A stretch of DNA of 64,000 bases from positions 22,568,001-22,632,000 of the forward strand of contig NC_059439.1 of the NCBI RefSeq assembly GCF_021028975.2, in the 5' to 3' direction. A model generated the notes under the pieces. The model did not search any database. It was given only the letters and a program-made list of their open reading frames with translations, and was not told the DNA's origin. Shown here one piece after another: positions 1 to 12,644 of this stretch. How positions within the stretch are numbered: the stretch's first letter is position 1; every line of letters starts with the position of its first letter. This DNA comes from Sphaerodactylus townsendi. Its lineage: Eukaryota. The position numbers were made by a program, and so were the translations under genes.

Positions 1-254
1 GATAGGGTTAGGGAATATTTTGCTTTGTAAAAGAGGGAATATTTTCCTCCTTCCATATCTGTGCTACTTTTCTCCACAATGAGGATCCAAAGCAACATAC
101 AGCATTCTCCCATAAGTCAGGGAAGGTAATAAATCCTGTTGTTTTGTCATGGAGCAGATTTGTTCCCCCTTCCTGGTAGTCTAGTCTGGACTGTTAGTGC
201 TTCTACAGTGATGTATGGTGTAAATTGAAAAAAAAAAGGAAAGGAAAGCAGCAT

Positions 255-1140
255 GATATAGTCCAATTCCATCAGATCGCAGAAAATTAAGCAGGGTCAG
301 TAATTGGATAAGAGACCACCAAGGAAGACTCTGCAGAGGAAGAAGAAGAGTTTGGATTTATATCCCCCCTTTCTCTCCTGAAGAGACTCAAAGGGGCTTA
401 CAATCTCCTTGCCCTTCCCCCTCACAACAAAGAAGAAGAAGAAGAAGAGTTTGGATTTATATCCCCCCTTTCTCTCCTGAAGAGACTCAAAGGGGCTTAC
501 AATCTCCTTGCCCTTCCCCCTCACAACAAAGAAGAAGAAGAAGAAGAGTTTGGATTTATATCCCCCCTTTCTCTCCTGCAGGAGACTCAAAGGGGCTTAC
601 AATCTCCTTGCCCTTCCCCCTTCACAACAAACACCCTGTGAGGTGGGTGGGGCTGAGAGAGCTCCGAGAAGCTGTGACTAGCCCAAGGTCACCCAGCTGG
701 CATGTGTGGGAGTGTACAGGCTAATCTGAATTCCCCAGATAAGCCTCCACAGCTCAGGCGGCAGAGCTGGGAATCAAACCCGGTTCCTCCAGATTAGATA
801 CACGAGCTCTTAACCTCTTACGCCACTGCTGCTCCTTTGAGGTAGGTGGGGCTGAGAGAGCTCCGAGAAGCTGTGACTAGCCCAGGGTCACCCAGCTGGC
901 ATGTGTGGGAGTGCCCAGGCTAATCTGAATTTCCCAGATAAGCCTTCACAACTCAAGCGGCAGAGCTGGGAATCAAACCCGGTTCCTCCAGATCAGAGTG
1001 CCCCTGCTCTTAGCCACTACACCTCTGCTGCTTAAATACAGGAAGGCAATGGCAAATCACCTCTGTTTCTCACTTGCATTGAAAACCCCTTGCTGGAGTT
1101 GTCATAAGTTGGCTGCAACATTATGGCACTTTACACAGAT
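255..1140 (+). mobile_element. 5S rRNA-derived SINE with Sauria/Bov-B-type 3' end, split by an inserted Squam3 array
   Basis: 255-335 resembles the 5S rRNA core (atcagatcgcagaaaattaagcagggtcag...ggataagagacc). The body resumes at ~1040 (ggaaggcaatggcaaatcacctctg...ggcactttacac), as in the copies at 34465 and 36629. Confidence 0.7.
338..1031 (-). mobile_element. Squam3-like tRNA-derived SINE array: one 3'-truncated copy, one full copy and two extra ~99-bp 3' ends
   Basis: Reverse complement of the copy at 53728-54053. The unit agaagaagagtttggatttatatcccccc...ctcacaaca occurs three times in 338-630; tRNA-like heads at ~832 and ~1030. Confidence 0.85.
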
Positions 1141-1185
1141 ACATTAAAGAAAATCCCAAAAGTGCTGATCTATTACATCATACAC

Positions 1186-1268
1186 CAGGGGTAGGGAACC
1201 TGCGGCTCTCCGGATGTTCAGGAACTACAATTCCCATCAGCCCCTACCAGCATGGCCAATTGGCCATG
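1186..1268. mobile_element. Truncated hAT-type palindromic MITE
   Basis: CAGGGGTAGGGAACC terminus; the internal ggaactacaattcccatcagccc is shared with the palindromic copy at 23623-23748. Confidence 0.55.
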
Positions 1269-1869
1269 AACAATTTAAATACAGCATGTCATTAGATTTT
1301 ATTTTTGGCCAAAATAAGCATTTTAACAGGAGGGAATTTTGTTTTTCAATTTTGCCCTCTCAGTCCTTTTAAAGACATCACACAAGTAAATTGCATACCC
1401 AAAATTAATCAAACAAAACTTCACATAAAGGCAATGAGACTTTCCAGAAGACTTTCCAAAAGGCAATGAGACTTTCCCAAAGGAGGCCATGCCCTCCTGC
1501 CCTGCAGATGAGAGCAACAGAAACCTAAGTCTTTTTTTTTACAAGCACAAACACATTTTGGAGAAAAGCAAGGAATTACAATTCGTCTTCTTCAGGATCT
1601 TCTCTCTCTGTGTACATCAAACCTTGCTTACCCCAACTAAACAGACAACTTTTCTTTCCATTGGAAATAACAGGAAGGTTGTCCCAATAACCTGGACAAC
1701 AGTGTTCTAATTCCCTTCATGCTACGCACTGCAGCTCCCATGATTATCTTGAATCACAGTGTGAGTGCAGCAGTATCTGGTGGTTGGGAACTATGGTAAA
1801 ATGTTTGTTTCAGCAACGATCACCCCATCCCTGACTAAACTACTTTAACTCGCTCTGTGAAGGGCTACC

Positions 1870-2230
1870 CTTAAGGGCTACCCTGGAGACTTTAGCTTGT
1901 CTGAAATGCAGCTGCACAGGTCCTTATGAGAACAACATCAGTTGCACTGGTTACAGGTTCAAGGTTTTGGTACTAACCTTTATAGCTCTAAATGATCTGG
2001 GACCTTCAAACCTTCAGGACTGCCTTGCCCAATGCACCCACAAAGAGCATTATGTTCAGCAAGTAACAAACTTATCGGTGATTCCTAGTCTGAAAAAAAA
2101 TTCCAACTGGCTTAACAAGAGCCAGACCCTTTTTGGCTTTGTCCCTAGCCTGGTGGAATACTCTGTCCAGTGGGACAGGGTCCCTGAAGTATTTATCTCA
2201 GTTCTGCAGCACTTGCAAGGCAAAGATGTT
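1870..2230 (+). mobile_element. Degenerate L2 LINE ORF2 3' fragment
   Basis: Remnants of LHWLP / FKVLVLTF.AL..LGP motifs (gttgcactggttac, ttcaaggttttggtactaaccttt). Confidence 0.55.
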
Positions 2231-2569
2231 CTGCCAGACCTATGATTCATGGCAGCAAAAGTGTCCATCTTGGCTGGCCTTCCTTCCTGTCCTTTTTTCT
2301 TTCTTTTCTTCCTTTTTTCCTTCTTGGATTGTTCCTCCCCTCGGTGGATACCTAGTTGGTTGAGGTGCCATAGTATTGGTACTATGGCACCTCAATGCAG
2401 TACTATGGTACTGCAATGCAAGAATGAACTTCCTGTTCAAATCCAAAAGCATCTTTTCCAACTACCATTGTGAGACACAGAAGAACATATCCATCATTGA
2501 GCAACTTGATTCTGAAACCTCCCCAAACATGGCCAACACCTTCAGTGCTTATGCAATTCAACAGGCAGA

Positions 2570-2727
2570 GGCTCATTCCGCACATGCAGAATAATGCACT
2601 TTCAAACTGCTTTCAGTGCTCTTTGAAGCTGTGTGGAATGGCAAAATCCACTTGCAATCAGTGGAATGGCAAAATCCACTTGCAATCAGGTTTGAAAATG
2701 TGTTATTTTGCGTGTGCGGAAGGGGCC
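2570..2727 (+). mobile_element. PIF/Harbinger-like MITE (~140-bp family) with an internal 28-bp duplication
   Basis: Imperfect TIRs GGCTCATTCCGCACATGCAGAATAATGC / GCGTGTGCGGAAGGGGCC, 3-bp flanks aga/aga; about nine related copies in the window. Confidence 0.75.
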
Positions 2728-3183
2728 AGAGATATGTATGTTTGCTAAGTGGTTATTTTACAACTTTTATGTATCTATATGCATGCACAGAATTGACAGA
2801 AGGAACAGTTCATACTAGATCTGCTAAGTGAGCCCCTAGTTATCCAATTGAGCTTACTGAGTAACCAAGAAAGGCATTCTTAGATAAATTACAGAAAGAG
2901 AAGATAAATCCATAAAAAGCTATTTTAAAAAAAATAAGATGTACCATGAGCAAGTCATACGCATTTGTTTGAAGTGTCAGAGCAAGAAATCATTGCGGGG
3001 AGAGTCACAGGGAAAAAGTTAAATATTGGCCTTTTTGTCTTTCTAAACTGTACAGTACTGCTGCTAGTGAGGAAGTGGTTTATAAATAGTTTCAATAAAT
3101 AATAAGTTTGGAAATATTTCAGTGTGGATGTGTCAACATTCACAGTGGTAGACCTGAGTAGTTCACAGTGGTATCAACTGGGT

Positions 3184-4125
3184 TCAATTCATCACCCACT
3201 GAAATCCAAACAGTTTCTTTGCCACTTTCTGCATGGCCATTTGGATTTCTTTATTTCTCAGGCTATAGATGATGGGATTCATCAGAGGGGGCAATTCCGT
3301 ATATAGAAAAGCAGCCAATAAATCCACAGGTGGAGAGGACAAGGCCTTGGGCTTCAGGTATGAAAATGTACACGTGAAAAAAAACAAAGTAAAGACAATC
3401 AGGTGTGGCGTGCAGGTGGAAAGGGCCTTTTTCCTACCCTGAGCTGACTGGATCTTTAACACAGCAGAGAAGATACATTTATAATAAACAAATATACACA
3501 TAAAGCAAAATAAGCCTACAGTAAACACAGTTCCAATCAGAAGCCATTCATTGACTCTTGTATCTGTGCAAGATATCAGCAGTAATGGAGGGATATCACA
3601 GAAAAATTGCTTGATGCTGGACCTACAAAAAGATAATCGAAAGGTACTTGCTGTTTGTATTATTGCATAGATGATACTGCTCATCCAAGATGTACTTGCC
3701 AATTGGAGGCAAGTGTTCCAGCTCATGATCATCTGGTACTGCAGAGGATGGCAGATTGCTACATAGCGGTCATAAGCCATTATAGTAAGGAAGGTCAGCT
3801 CAGCAAATAAAAATGTGACTACTAGGAAAACCTGTGTGACACATCCAGAGAATGAAATCCATTTTTTGTTCCGGAAGGAATTGACCAGGGAGTTAGGAAT
3901 CGTAGTTGAAATGAAGCAGGCATCTACAATGGATAGGTTGACCAAGAAGAAATACATAGGTTTGTGAAGGTGAGGATTCTGGGCTACTGTCAGAATGAGA
4001 AGGAAGTTCCCAGTCATGGTTGCCAAATAAATGGAGAGAAATATCACAAAGTGTAAAATCTGCAATTCTCGGAGGTTGGAAAATCCCAGGAGGAAGAATT
4101 CTGTCGCCGCTGTTTGATTTATCAT
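3184..4125 (-). CDS. Olfactory receptor, family 14-like, intact (313 aa)
   Basis: N-glycosylation site NQT; motifs LHKPMYFFLVNLS, MAYDRYVAICHPLQY, FFCD, KALSTCTPHL, PLMNPIIYSLRN. Acceptor-like tttctcctcttgtctctccag ~25 nt upstream of the ATG. Confidence 0.95.
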   Translation of the reverse strand: MINQTAATEFFLLGFSNLRELQILHFVIFLSIYLATMTGNFLLILTVAQNPHLHKPMYFFLVNLSIVDACFISTTIPNSLVNSFRNKKWISFSGCVTQVFLVVTFLFAELTFLTIMAYDRYVAICHPLQYQMIMSWNTCLQLASTSWMSSIIYAIIQTASTFRLSFCRSSIKQFFCDIPPLLLISCTDTRVNEWLLIGTVFTVGLFCFMCIFVYYKCIFSAVLKIQSAQGRKKALSTCTPHLIVFTLFFFTCTFSYLKPKALSSPPVDLLAAFLYTELPPLMNPIIYSLRNKEIQMAMQKVAKKLFGFQWVMN

Positions 4126-5306
4126 TTTCGTGTGGGAAACATAAAAACTGGAGAGACAAGAGGAGAAATGATCTGTGGTAGGATTTCAGAAATATCCCCC
4201 ACACACACACACACTGTAAATTAAGCAAAGCAGTCTGCAAGTCTATTTTAATGTTAGGACTATTCTATTATTATTATTGCCTTACTTTTTGATATTCCTT
4301 TGCACATTTTTGTGACTCAGTTGAATATTCTTCATGTCAAGTCCCCATTTCAAACAGAGCTGCAAAGGGCTGGATCCAACCAACTTTTCTGCCGGAGGAA
4401 AGGGAAGTCAGGGATCCCCTTGACCACCCAAAATGCAATGGTGGGGCTCATGGTTCCTGCATAGTCAAAAGCCAGATGAAACTGCACTGTAATGGTGTGT
4501 GTGTTGGAGGGGGGTGGGATGGAGCACAAAAAAAGATGGCTCCAACCACCCAATTTCATTTTCAAATAAAATATATAAAATGTACGTGTATTATGAAATG
4601 ATTATAAAATTTATAATAAGTCTGATGGGCTTATTTCAGAATTTAATGGGAAGTAATCCAATAGACTGAGTTCAAGAGACTTTGTAGGACCAGAACTGGG
4701 ATGGTTATAGTAAGCAAAGATGGTAAGGCAATATGGTAGAAGTTCAGAAGGCAACTGGGCAAGCAATCCTAAGCATGTCTACTCAGCAAAGATGAGAAGA
4801 GGGTGAAGTTGAATAAAAAAGCTGAGCGGATTCAGCTCATTATATCTTTCCTGAATTAGAAACATTCCTCTGATAACCTAATATTTTTTTCCCATCCCCA
4901 TTTGAAGTTTTCCCTAAAACCTCACAAGCATTAAAACTAGGACATCCATAACTGTGTCTCACAAGCCTGCTCTCTCACTGTAATGTGTCCCGGTTTCATT
5001 GCTGCTTTTCCCTTTATATCACAACTTCACATCTCACTCCAACCATACGTCATTTATAAAGGATGGGTGATGCTATCTAAAGACAAAACAACAAAATCCT
5101 TGTTCTTCTTCAGACAAAATAATGATATAAAATGTTCACCTTGTCTAGTTTTCTCAGATGTGGTCCTCCAGGAAGAGAGAGCTCTGTGAAACAGATTTAC
5201 TATCTCTTCTTTTTATTTTTTTAACCACTCATCCCTCTGGGTTTTTATTGCTGAGAGATGCTCTAGAGAGCAAATTTTTTTTAATTTTCTTATCAGCCTT
5301 TTTATT

Positions 5307-5791
5307 CAATACAACAACCTTTATTAGGCATATTAAAATAGGCTCCAGAGCATTACAGACATTTCTGAAGTACAAATCAAAAGTACATTCAAAACACAGA
5401 CAGATAAACTGTATCTAGCATTGGACGTTACTTAGAAAATTCTGCCACTTGTAAAATAAATTTTGCTACTTTTTCCAAGAGTGTTATTTCCAAGAGCCTC
5501 TGTGTTATTTAACAAAAGCTTCACAACAGAGTTGTCAGAGTCTCTTTCAGATTTGTCTAAGACCCACCCAGGAGAGAAATTCCTAATACCCACATATCTC
5601 GGACAGTCAAGTATAATGTGAGCAAGAGTCTCCACTTGGTTTTTACAGTGTGGACAGAGCCGATCCTGGAGAGGAATAGATAGGTAGCGACCCTTTGTAA
5701 TGGCCGATGGGAAAGTATTGCATCTGGCCCTTGTAATAATCCATCTCTGTTGGGGTTCAGTTAATAGTTCAAGATATTTGGCTATGTGCCA
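5307..5791 (-). mobile_element. RTE-X-like LINE 3' fragment with 15-bp TSD
   Basis: GRY...RLC..C...ETLAHIILDC zinc-knuckle region and an aataaaggttgttg tail. TSD atcagcctttttatt at 5292-5306 and 5792-5806. Confidence 0.75.
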
Positions 5792-6713
5792 ATCAGCCTT
5801 TTTATTAAGCTAAAGAAAGAACTAGAAAAGGCCACTGACATGAGCCATGGGGTTGAAAAAATTGGCTTCATAATCTCATTGGGGCAATGGGACATTTTAC
5901 CCAATTTCCTCACAAAGGGAGGGAAGACTAAACAGAATAGTCTAGCCCAGTCAGATCTTGATCACTGCATTACACATGTAGTAAACACATTCTTCATTAT
6001 ACCTGTAAGGCTGGACTTACTCAAATAAAGCCGACTTTATGGAAAGGAACAAACTTTATTGATTCATGTCGCCCTAAATACAGGGTGCTGGAACTGAGGG
6101 TTCTTGCCCTCAGTTCCAGTATATGTAGGGTGTGCAGTGGGCAGTCCTAGCTAGTGGCAAGAACGAGGGTTGTTGGGGAAAACTAACTGAAACTTACTGG
6201 GGGTTACAGGAAATGAAACCTGGTCCTGACAATACCAATCAAGTGAAGTGGGTAAGGTTCAGCAAATTAACTACATTAAAGAACACTGTAAACTTCACAG
6301 TGTAAATATCACAAGATCAAAGGGACACACACACACACACACACACACACGCTTTTTTTCTCCCTCTCTCAGTAAATAAAAAACAGAGAGTGGTGGGAAA
6401 CAGATATTTAGGCTTGGGTTTTATTAATTGGCTGCCATCTATGTATGAATTCTTTTAAAGAATTTATATAGAAACTGTTCTAAAATTGTTTCTACATGTA
6501 GTGCTTTGTACTTGACATTGTATTGGGTTTTGACCTTTGACTGTATATCACTCTGAGCCCAACTTTTGCCAGGAATTGGGTGGGGTATAAATTTAATAAA
6601 ATAAAATAAATAGTGAAGGGCGCAATATTTTAGCTATTCAGGAAAAACCCACTGCTAAAAGAGACAAATTAGCAGGTAACTTGTATGCATCTTTGTCAGC
6701 AGAGGCCAATTTG

Positions 6714-7195
6714 TTGGTGGTCCCCGGCCCCTCAATGATGCGGCTGGCCTCCACATGGGCCAGGACTTTCACAGCACTGGTGGAAAACCCTTCCTCCAGC
6801 TGTCCAGGCCCTGTGGGACCTTGGCGAGTTCTGCAGGGCCTGTAAGACTGTGTTGTTCCACCGGGCCTTTGGAGTGCCCAGCCGCTGATATGGTGCTCCT
6901 TGCTCGGGCACTGGTACATCAGAGCCCCTCACATTGAGGGGTCAGCCATCCCCCTCCTCTCTTGGGGTGGGTTGAAATTGAGGCTGGACGCCTTTGTTTA
7001 CATGTTAATTATTAACCGCTGGTTTTAAGTATTTTAAGACGTTTTATTGATGGAGCCTATGTATTGTGTATTGGATTTGCTCCTGTTTAATGCTTTATGT
7101 TTTATATTATGTTGTTCACCGCCCGGAGCCCGGAGCCCTTCGGGGATCGGGCGGTATAGAAATTGAAATAATAAATAAATAAATAAATAAATAAA
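6714..7195 (+). mobile_element. L2 LINE 3' end with (AAAT)n tail
   Basis: ORF2-end remnant, ttccaccgggcctttggag, terminal stem-loop ccgccc...gggcggtata, then (aaat)n. Confidence 0.7.
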
Positions 7196-7361
7196 ATCAT
7201 TTATAGTACATTTTTTACAACATCACTAACGAATTGGTAAGCCTATTACATGAATTATCTATACTATGTTACTGTAATGCCTGTTCAGTTTCTACTTATG
7301 CCTCTCTTCGATGATCCCTCTGTAAAAACATGAAGACATTGTACAAGAATTCCTTGCTGGC

Positions 7362-8354
7362 TCAGGGTTTTTTGTGTCCTGATTGGATTCGATGCTGCAG
7401 TGATAGAGAGCTTTGTTTTTGGTTGATGGGCTCTCTCCAGAACTTGCAATAGAGCTTCCACAGCCCTGCTTTGATCTCCTTGTTCCTCATGCTATAAATG
7501 ATGGGATTCATCACTGGAGGGAGAATACAATAAGCCATAGTAATGATCCGGTTCAGACCTACCACGGAGCTGGATGTTGGATTTAGGTTGGCAAAGGTAC
7601 CAGTGAAAAGAAACAAGAAGACCACAGTAAGATGAGGGATGCATGTAGAGAAGGCTTTCTCTCTACCCTGCACAGAGGGGATCCTGAACACTGTTTTGAA
7701 GATTTCCACGTAAGATACCACTATAAAACTAAAGCAACCTAGTCCTAAACATGCACTCAAGCCAAGCGCCACAACTTCAACAAGATACAGATCATTGCAG
7801 GAGAGCTTGAGCAGTTGGGGGATCTCACAGAAGAACTGATTGATGATGTTGGAGCAGAAAGGCACTGCGAAGGTGGCTCCGGTGTGGACAGTTGCATAGA
7901 AAAGACCACTGATCCATGTGATGGCTGCCATTTGTACAGCTGCTTCCTTGTTGACCACTGTTTCATAATGCAGTGGGTCACATATGGCAACATATCGGTC
8001 GTAGGCCATGACTGTGAGGAGGAAGTAGTCTGATGCCATGAAGAAGAAGAGGAAGAAGACCTGGATAATACATTCTGAGTAAGAAATCAACCTGCTGTTC
8101 ATTAAACAGTTAGCCATGGCTTTGAGCATAGTTACTGAGATGTAGCCAAGGTCCATGACAGACAAATTTGCCAGGAAGAAGTACATAGAGTTACCGAGAC
8201 TGGAATCAGCGGCTACAGTTGTGATGATAAGAATATTCCCAATTAGTGCTGCCAGATAAATCAGCAGAAAGATCACAAACTGCATGAGCTGTATCTCCCG
8301 AACCTCAGAGAAACCCAAGAGCAGGAATTCAGTAATGTAGCTTCCGTTGGTCAT
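7362..8354 (-). CDS. Olfactory receptor, family 14-like, open frame (330 aa) with several altered consensus motifs
   Basis: MAYDRYVAICDPLHY, QFFCEIPQLLKLSC, KAFSTCIPHL, PVMNPIIYSMRN present; LHTPMY appears as LGNSMY. Confidence 0.92.
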   Translation of the reverse strand: MTNGSYITEFLLLGFSEVREIQLMQFVIFLLIYLAALIGNILIITTVAADSSLGNSMYFFLANLSVMDLGYISVTMLKAMANCLMNSRLISYSECIIQVFFLFFFMASDYFLLTVMAYDRYVAICDPLHYETVVNKEAAVQMAAITWISGLFYATVHTGATFAVPFCSNIINQFFCEIPQLLKLSCNDLYLVEVVALGLSACLGLGCFSFIVVSYVEIFKTVFRIPSVQGREKAFSTCIPHLTVVFLFLFTGTFANLNPTSSSVVGLNRIITMAYCILPPVMNPIIYSMRNKEIKAGLWKLYCKFWREPINQKQSSLSLQHRIQSGHKKP

Positions 8355-9268
8355 TTTAGACTTAAGCCATGACCTGCATGAAAACAGAGGTATACATAAG
8401 ATTAGTAAGATGAAACATATTTTTCCTTATACAGTTCTCACATTTTTTTGAAAGAATCATCGTCTCCTTTTCAATAAAATAATTTGGCGGAGAGATGCCA
8501 TAGGTTCTTGGTACACATTTTGCATGCTTTGACATGGGTCCAGGCGGCAATGCCTGTCACCTCTTATGATGACAATGGGTGGGAGGTAGTCAGGTCCCTG
8601 TGATGTATTGGCACCCTTCTCACAGTGAAGTCAATTAAGTGGCTTGGCAGAAGAAGTGATTCAAGATAGATACAGCATGACCTCTATGTGAATATTACCT
8701 GTTGTCATATGAATGATCAGCTGCTAAGGAGAGGGAGGGAAAAGAAATCTTTGCCTAGAAGATATCACTCTCTTCTTTATTAAGCGTCAAACAGGAGGTA
8801 CTTTGCAGGAAAGGCAATGGCAATGGTGCAGGTTAGTAATGTACATAAAAACAAAAAGAATTGGACACAGATACTGTCACCAGACACATCATTTTTGCAA
8901 ATAGTATTCCTATTCACATCTACAGAAACTGTGCAGTCACATTCTGAAACACACCTACTGAGAAGAATAAGACAAATAGGGAAATGGCCTGTGTGGGAGT
9001 TGACTGCGTTGGGAATACACAGTATGAAAGAATTACTTTAAAAGATTGGGAAAGCTCTGAACCAACCTTTGCCCCAGGTACTCTCCCTTCTGATGGAGAA
9101 GGTAATGAGAAGAAGAGCAGAGCAGAGTAGAAAAGAGAAGATTCAAATGCGATATAGCAGTTAGTCATCTGATGGGTACCCAAAAAGGATGAAAAAGATG
9201 TGGACAATTTTAGAGGCCAACTAAATAAAAAACTAAATAAAGAAAAGGAAGGAAAGCATGAATAAGAT

Positions 9269-9412
9269 AAGAACATAAGAACAAGCCAGCTGGATCAATC
9301 CAGAGTCCATCTAGTCCAGTACTCTGCTACTCGCAGTGGCCCACCAGATGCCTTTGGGAGCTCACATGCAAGATGTGAAAGCAATGGCCTTCTGCTGCTG
9401 CTGCTCCTGAGA
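9269..9412 (-). mobile_element. CR1 LINE 3' end
   Basis: aagaacataagaac tail followed by gctggatca...gtccatctagtccag, a typical CR1 3' terminus in antisense. Confidence 0.65.
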
Positions 9413-9999
9413 TGTTACTTTTCACTATGCCAAAATAAGGCTGCAAGAATGGACAGCTTCAGAATACAGAGAGATCTTCAGGATAGTATCCTGAAATCTT
9501 GATGTCTTCCATTTTTGCTATGGAGTACTGTGTTTCTGCCACTAGCCATAAACAAATGCAATCCCCTCTACATATGACTTCATATATTCTCATTTTTTGT
9601 CCCAGTAGTCAACAAGATGGCTGTGTTCTGGGGAAAGATATAGCTAAACTTACTCCCAGTGGACATGGAGGTGTTCATTCCCTAAAGGGTGCAGAATTCA
9701 ATGACAAACAACTGGAGGTACAAGTGCTATATTCTTCTTTCTGTGTACTTCTATAGTATGACACATTTTAAACTTGAAAATGAGTGCATTTTAATGTCTC
9801 CATGTCAGAGTGTCTCAAATGAGAGGCAGCCAGAACAATTGATGGATAGATGCTAAACTTGCCAACTATTTAAATGAAAAAATCCTTTTCCAAGTGTACA
9901 AAATTTGGCAACCAATCTAGACCAGTTTGGATTTTTGTCTTCCAGGAGATTCCTTACACATACATTTTCTGGATAACCCCTGAAGTTATTTAATATTGG

Positions 10000-10270
10000 G
10001 TCTAATATTTTGGCTCTAACATTTCTCTGAAGTGAGGGCAGCGGAGGAGGATGTGGCCTGTAGTGTCCATTTCTTCTAAATTACAGGAACAGATCCTCCT
10101 TTCTTTAGGTATCTTCTTATATCTCCCTTCTAGGATCGCAGACAGGAGCGATGCACATCTCACCAGGGTAAATGCCCTTCTAAGTGTGTGTATTTCAATG
10201 TTAGATACATATGGGGCTGGTGACAAGATGCTTCTAGCGTAAAATCCGGATACTTGTGCAAATCTTGTTG
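10000..10270 (-). mobile_element. RTE-X-like LINE C-terminal fragment
   Basis: RRAFTLVRC...LEGRYKKIPKERRICSC...DTTGHILLRC, homologous to 58051-58500. Confidence 0.7.
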
Positions 10271-10274
10271 TTAC

Positions 10275-10644
10275 CTCCTGTCTCCTATCACATTGTGGAG
10301 GCCAGGGGACATGCGCCCCTAGCCAGAGCGATGACCCTGGAGTCGGAGGCCAGGAGGCTTGTCTCCTGGCCTCCACAACACAACGGAAGGAGACTAGAGG
10401 TAAGCAATGTTTGGAAGGGCCGGGGGAGAAACACCGGCTGCCACCCGATGCCGTTTGCATGGCACTGAATGGAAGTCGCCGTTTGCTAAAAAACCTGCTC
10501 CCCAAGCGAGGTTTGAAAACACTGTTTTGACAGAAACAGAGCACCACTGCATCAGTTTGGCAGTGGCACCTGTTCGAAGGGTCCCAGCCAAAACGGTGTT
10601 TTACCGGTCTGAAATTGTCGATTTTGGCCCGTTCAGAAAGGGCC
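10275..10644. mobile_element. Fragment of GC-rich Harbinger-like non-autonomous element
   Basis: Similar to 32923-33421 and 51283-51829; ends in TIR-like cagaaagggcc. Confidence 0.55.
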
Positions 10645-11239
10645 ATAGTTTCAGTCACTTCCTGCTTGCCTGTGTAAACTATGGTAAACAGGAAGAATTC
10701 TATTTCCACCTCCCTTCTGTCCACCATGATGGTGGAATCCCCAGGTGACCTATATTTGAGTGGATTCTCTAGGTGGCCACCATGTTGTGCTGGTAAGTTG
10801 TGGGGGGGGGGGATTCTCGGGTGGGGATTCTTGAGTGGGGAGATTCTTGGTAGAGGATTCTAAGATGTGTGGTTCTCAGGAAAGCACAGTGTTTCCTGTG
10901 CAAACCATGCCTAGTGATCACACATGGCTCCTGCTCGCACCGTGCAAAGTCAACATGGTTTCATTAAACCTGTCGATGTTGCCTGTGAAGAATCAACCAG
11001 TGTGTGACTGCAGGGAACCCAAATGGGTCAAGGAAACCCAGACACAATTTGTGAAAAAAATATAACATCTAGTTGGCCACCAATAGTGCTTTTGCCATTG
11101 CACAGGCAGCCATATGCTTCTTACCATTTCTTCTTTCTTTTGCATACATGCTACATCAACATAGCACAAAAAATGTTAGGTAGTGTTCCCAGAACAACAG
11201 AGAGTTACACCTTTTTTAGATCTGAGGCTGTGTTTTTAT

Positions 11240-12060
11240 TTATTTATGGATTTTAAAAATTTTCAATAATAAAAAAGCAGAAAGATAATAATAATAATAT
11301 AGTAATAGTAAAAAGGATCTCTTTGTTACAGTTCTGGGCACTGAGAAAGCTAATATAATTATGTTAAATAATTCTCTATCAAATCATAAAATGATCAAAG
11401 TATTTTATAATGATTTTGTAAAGATAAGAATACATGACATGTTAAAAACAGATTCTGTAAAGATGAGGAAAATGAAAAAAAATCTATTATTGTTTTCAAA
11501 GATTTATCTTATTTAATAGAATTATCTATTCAATTTTGGCCCTTTTCCTTTTTGACACACAGTGTCAGCAAATTATCAATAATGTACATATCCTTCAATA
11601 ATAGGCATCTCATTTCATAAGTGTTTTCATGTCTGAAAGTAATATGCAAAATTTGTTTTCCATTTGTCTTGAAATTCTTGGTAAGGTCTCCCATTCACAG
11701 AGTTTGTTAATTGTGCCATTATTGGATATTCTTGTGTCTTATTTTCCCAATTTCCTAAGCTTAAACATTTTTCTGCTTTCCATTTTATTGTGATTAATAC
11801 TCATTAAATATTGAAAGTTTTCTGAAATTTTTGGAATGTTCTTTGGACATATGCCTAATAACAGAGTCTTGACTTCCATAGTAAATTTAATTTGGAAATC
11901 AGTGGGTGGATATTTCTGTATGTATCTCCGGATTCCCCCCCCCCCTTTTTACTACACGGCCACCATATAGGATAGGGAAAAAACACACATTGGTTTCTTT
12001 GCCTGGCCTACATTTGTAATTCTTGTTCATCTGCTCAGTATCTCCTGAAATGATACTGAG
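11240..12060 (-). mobile_element. Old L1-like LINE 3' fragment
   Basis: A-rich on the minus strand with degenerate C-terminal CCHC/WW remnants near 11960-12020; weak. Confidence 0.4.
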
Positions 12061-12644
12061 ACTGTGTTTTTCAACAGTCTAGCCTCTCACCCCGCCCCCC
12101 CCAAAATAAGCAAACCTGTGCAGCTTACTTAGACCCCTATTAAAGGTATCCTGTAACCACAGTCACTGACATTTTGTGGTTGGCTCTGCCTCTTGTGGCA
12201 ATAATGTCGTAGCTGGCTGCATCTCCTTCAGCAGCTACTCACTCACTTGGGTCAGAATTCCCAAAGAGCCTGAAGGGTGGAAAAAGCTGGGAATCCCTGA
12301 TGTATATACTATCGCAGGATCCACTGGTCCTTTCCTGCCAATTAAGGATTTTTCTTTTGAAGTTGCCATGAAATTTTATCAGACTACAACGAATAATGCT
12401 GTTATGTTAAGAATGGGGAATAAAGCCTCTAGAGGAAAGAGTAATGTACAGTCTCTATCTAAGAAGTCTTAATTGGGTGAATGTAAACATTTCGTTCACT
12501 TCACCACCTGAAAGATGGATTCATGAATTAACAGAAAACAAATGGATTGCAATAGCTTTGTCCAAAATAGCACTGCACTGATAGGTATTGTATCAACTTA
12601 TGTTTTAGTGTATTTTTCGTCTTACTCTGCTAGTAGCCCACATG

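Noticed and set aside
297-590. 97-aa ORF with three repeats
   Set aside because: Translation of the triplicated SINE 3' end.
10002-10727. 241-aa ORF
   Set aside because: Chance read-through of a GC-rich DNA-transposon fragment into a LINE C-terminal remnant.
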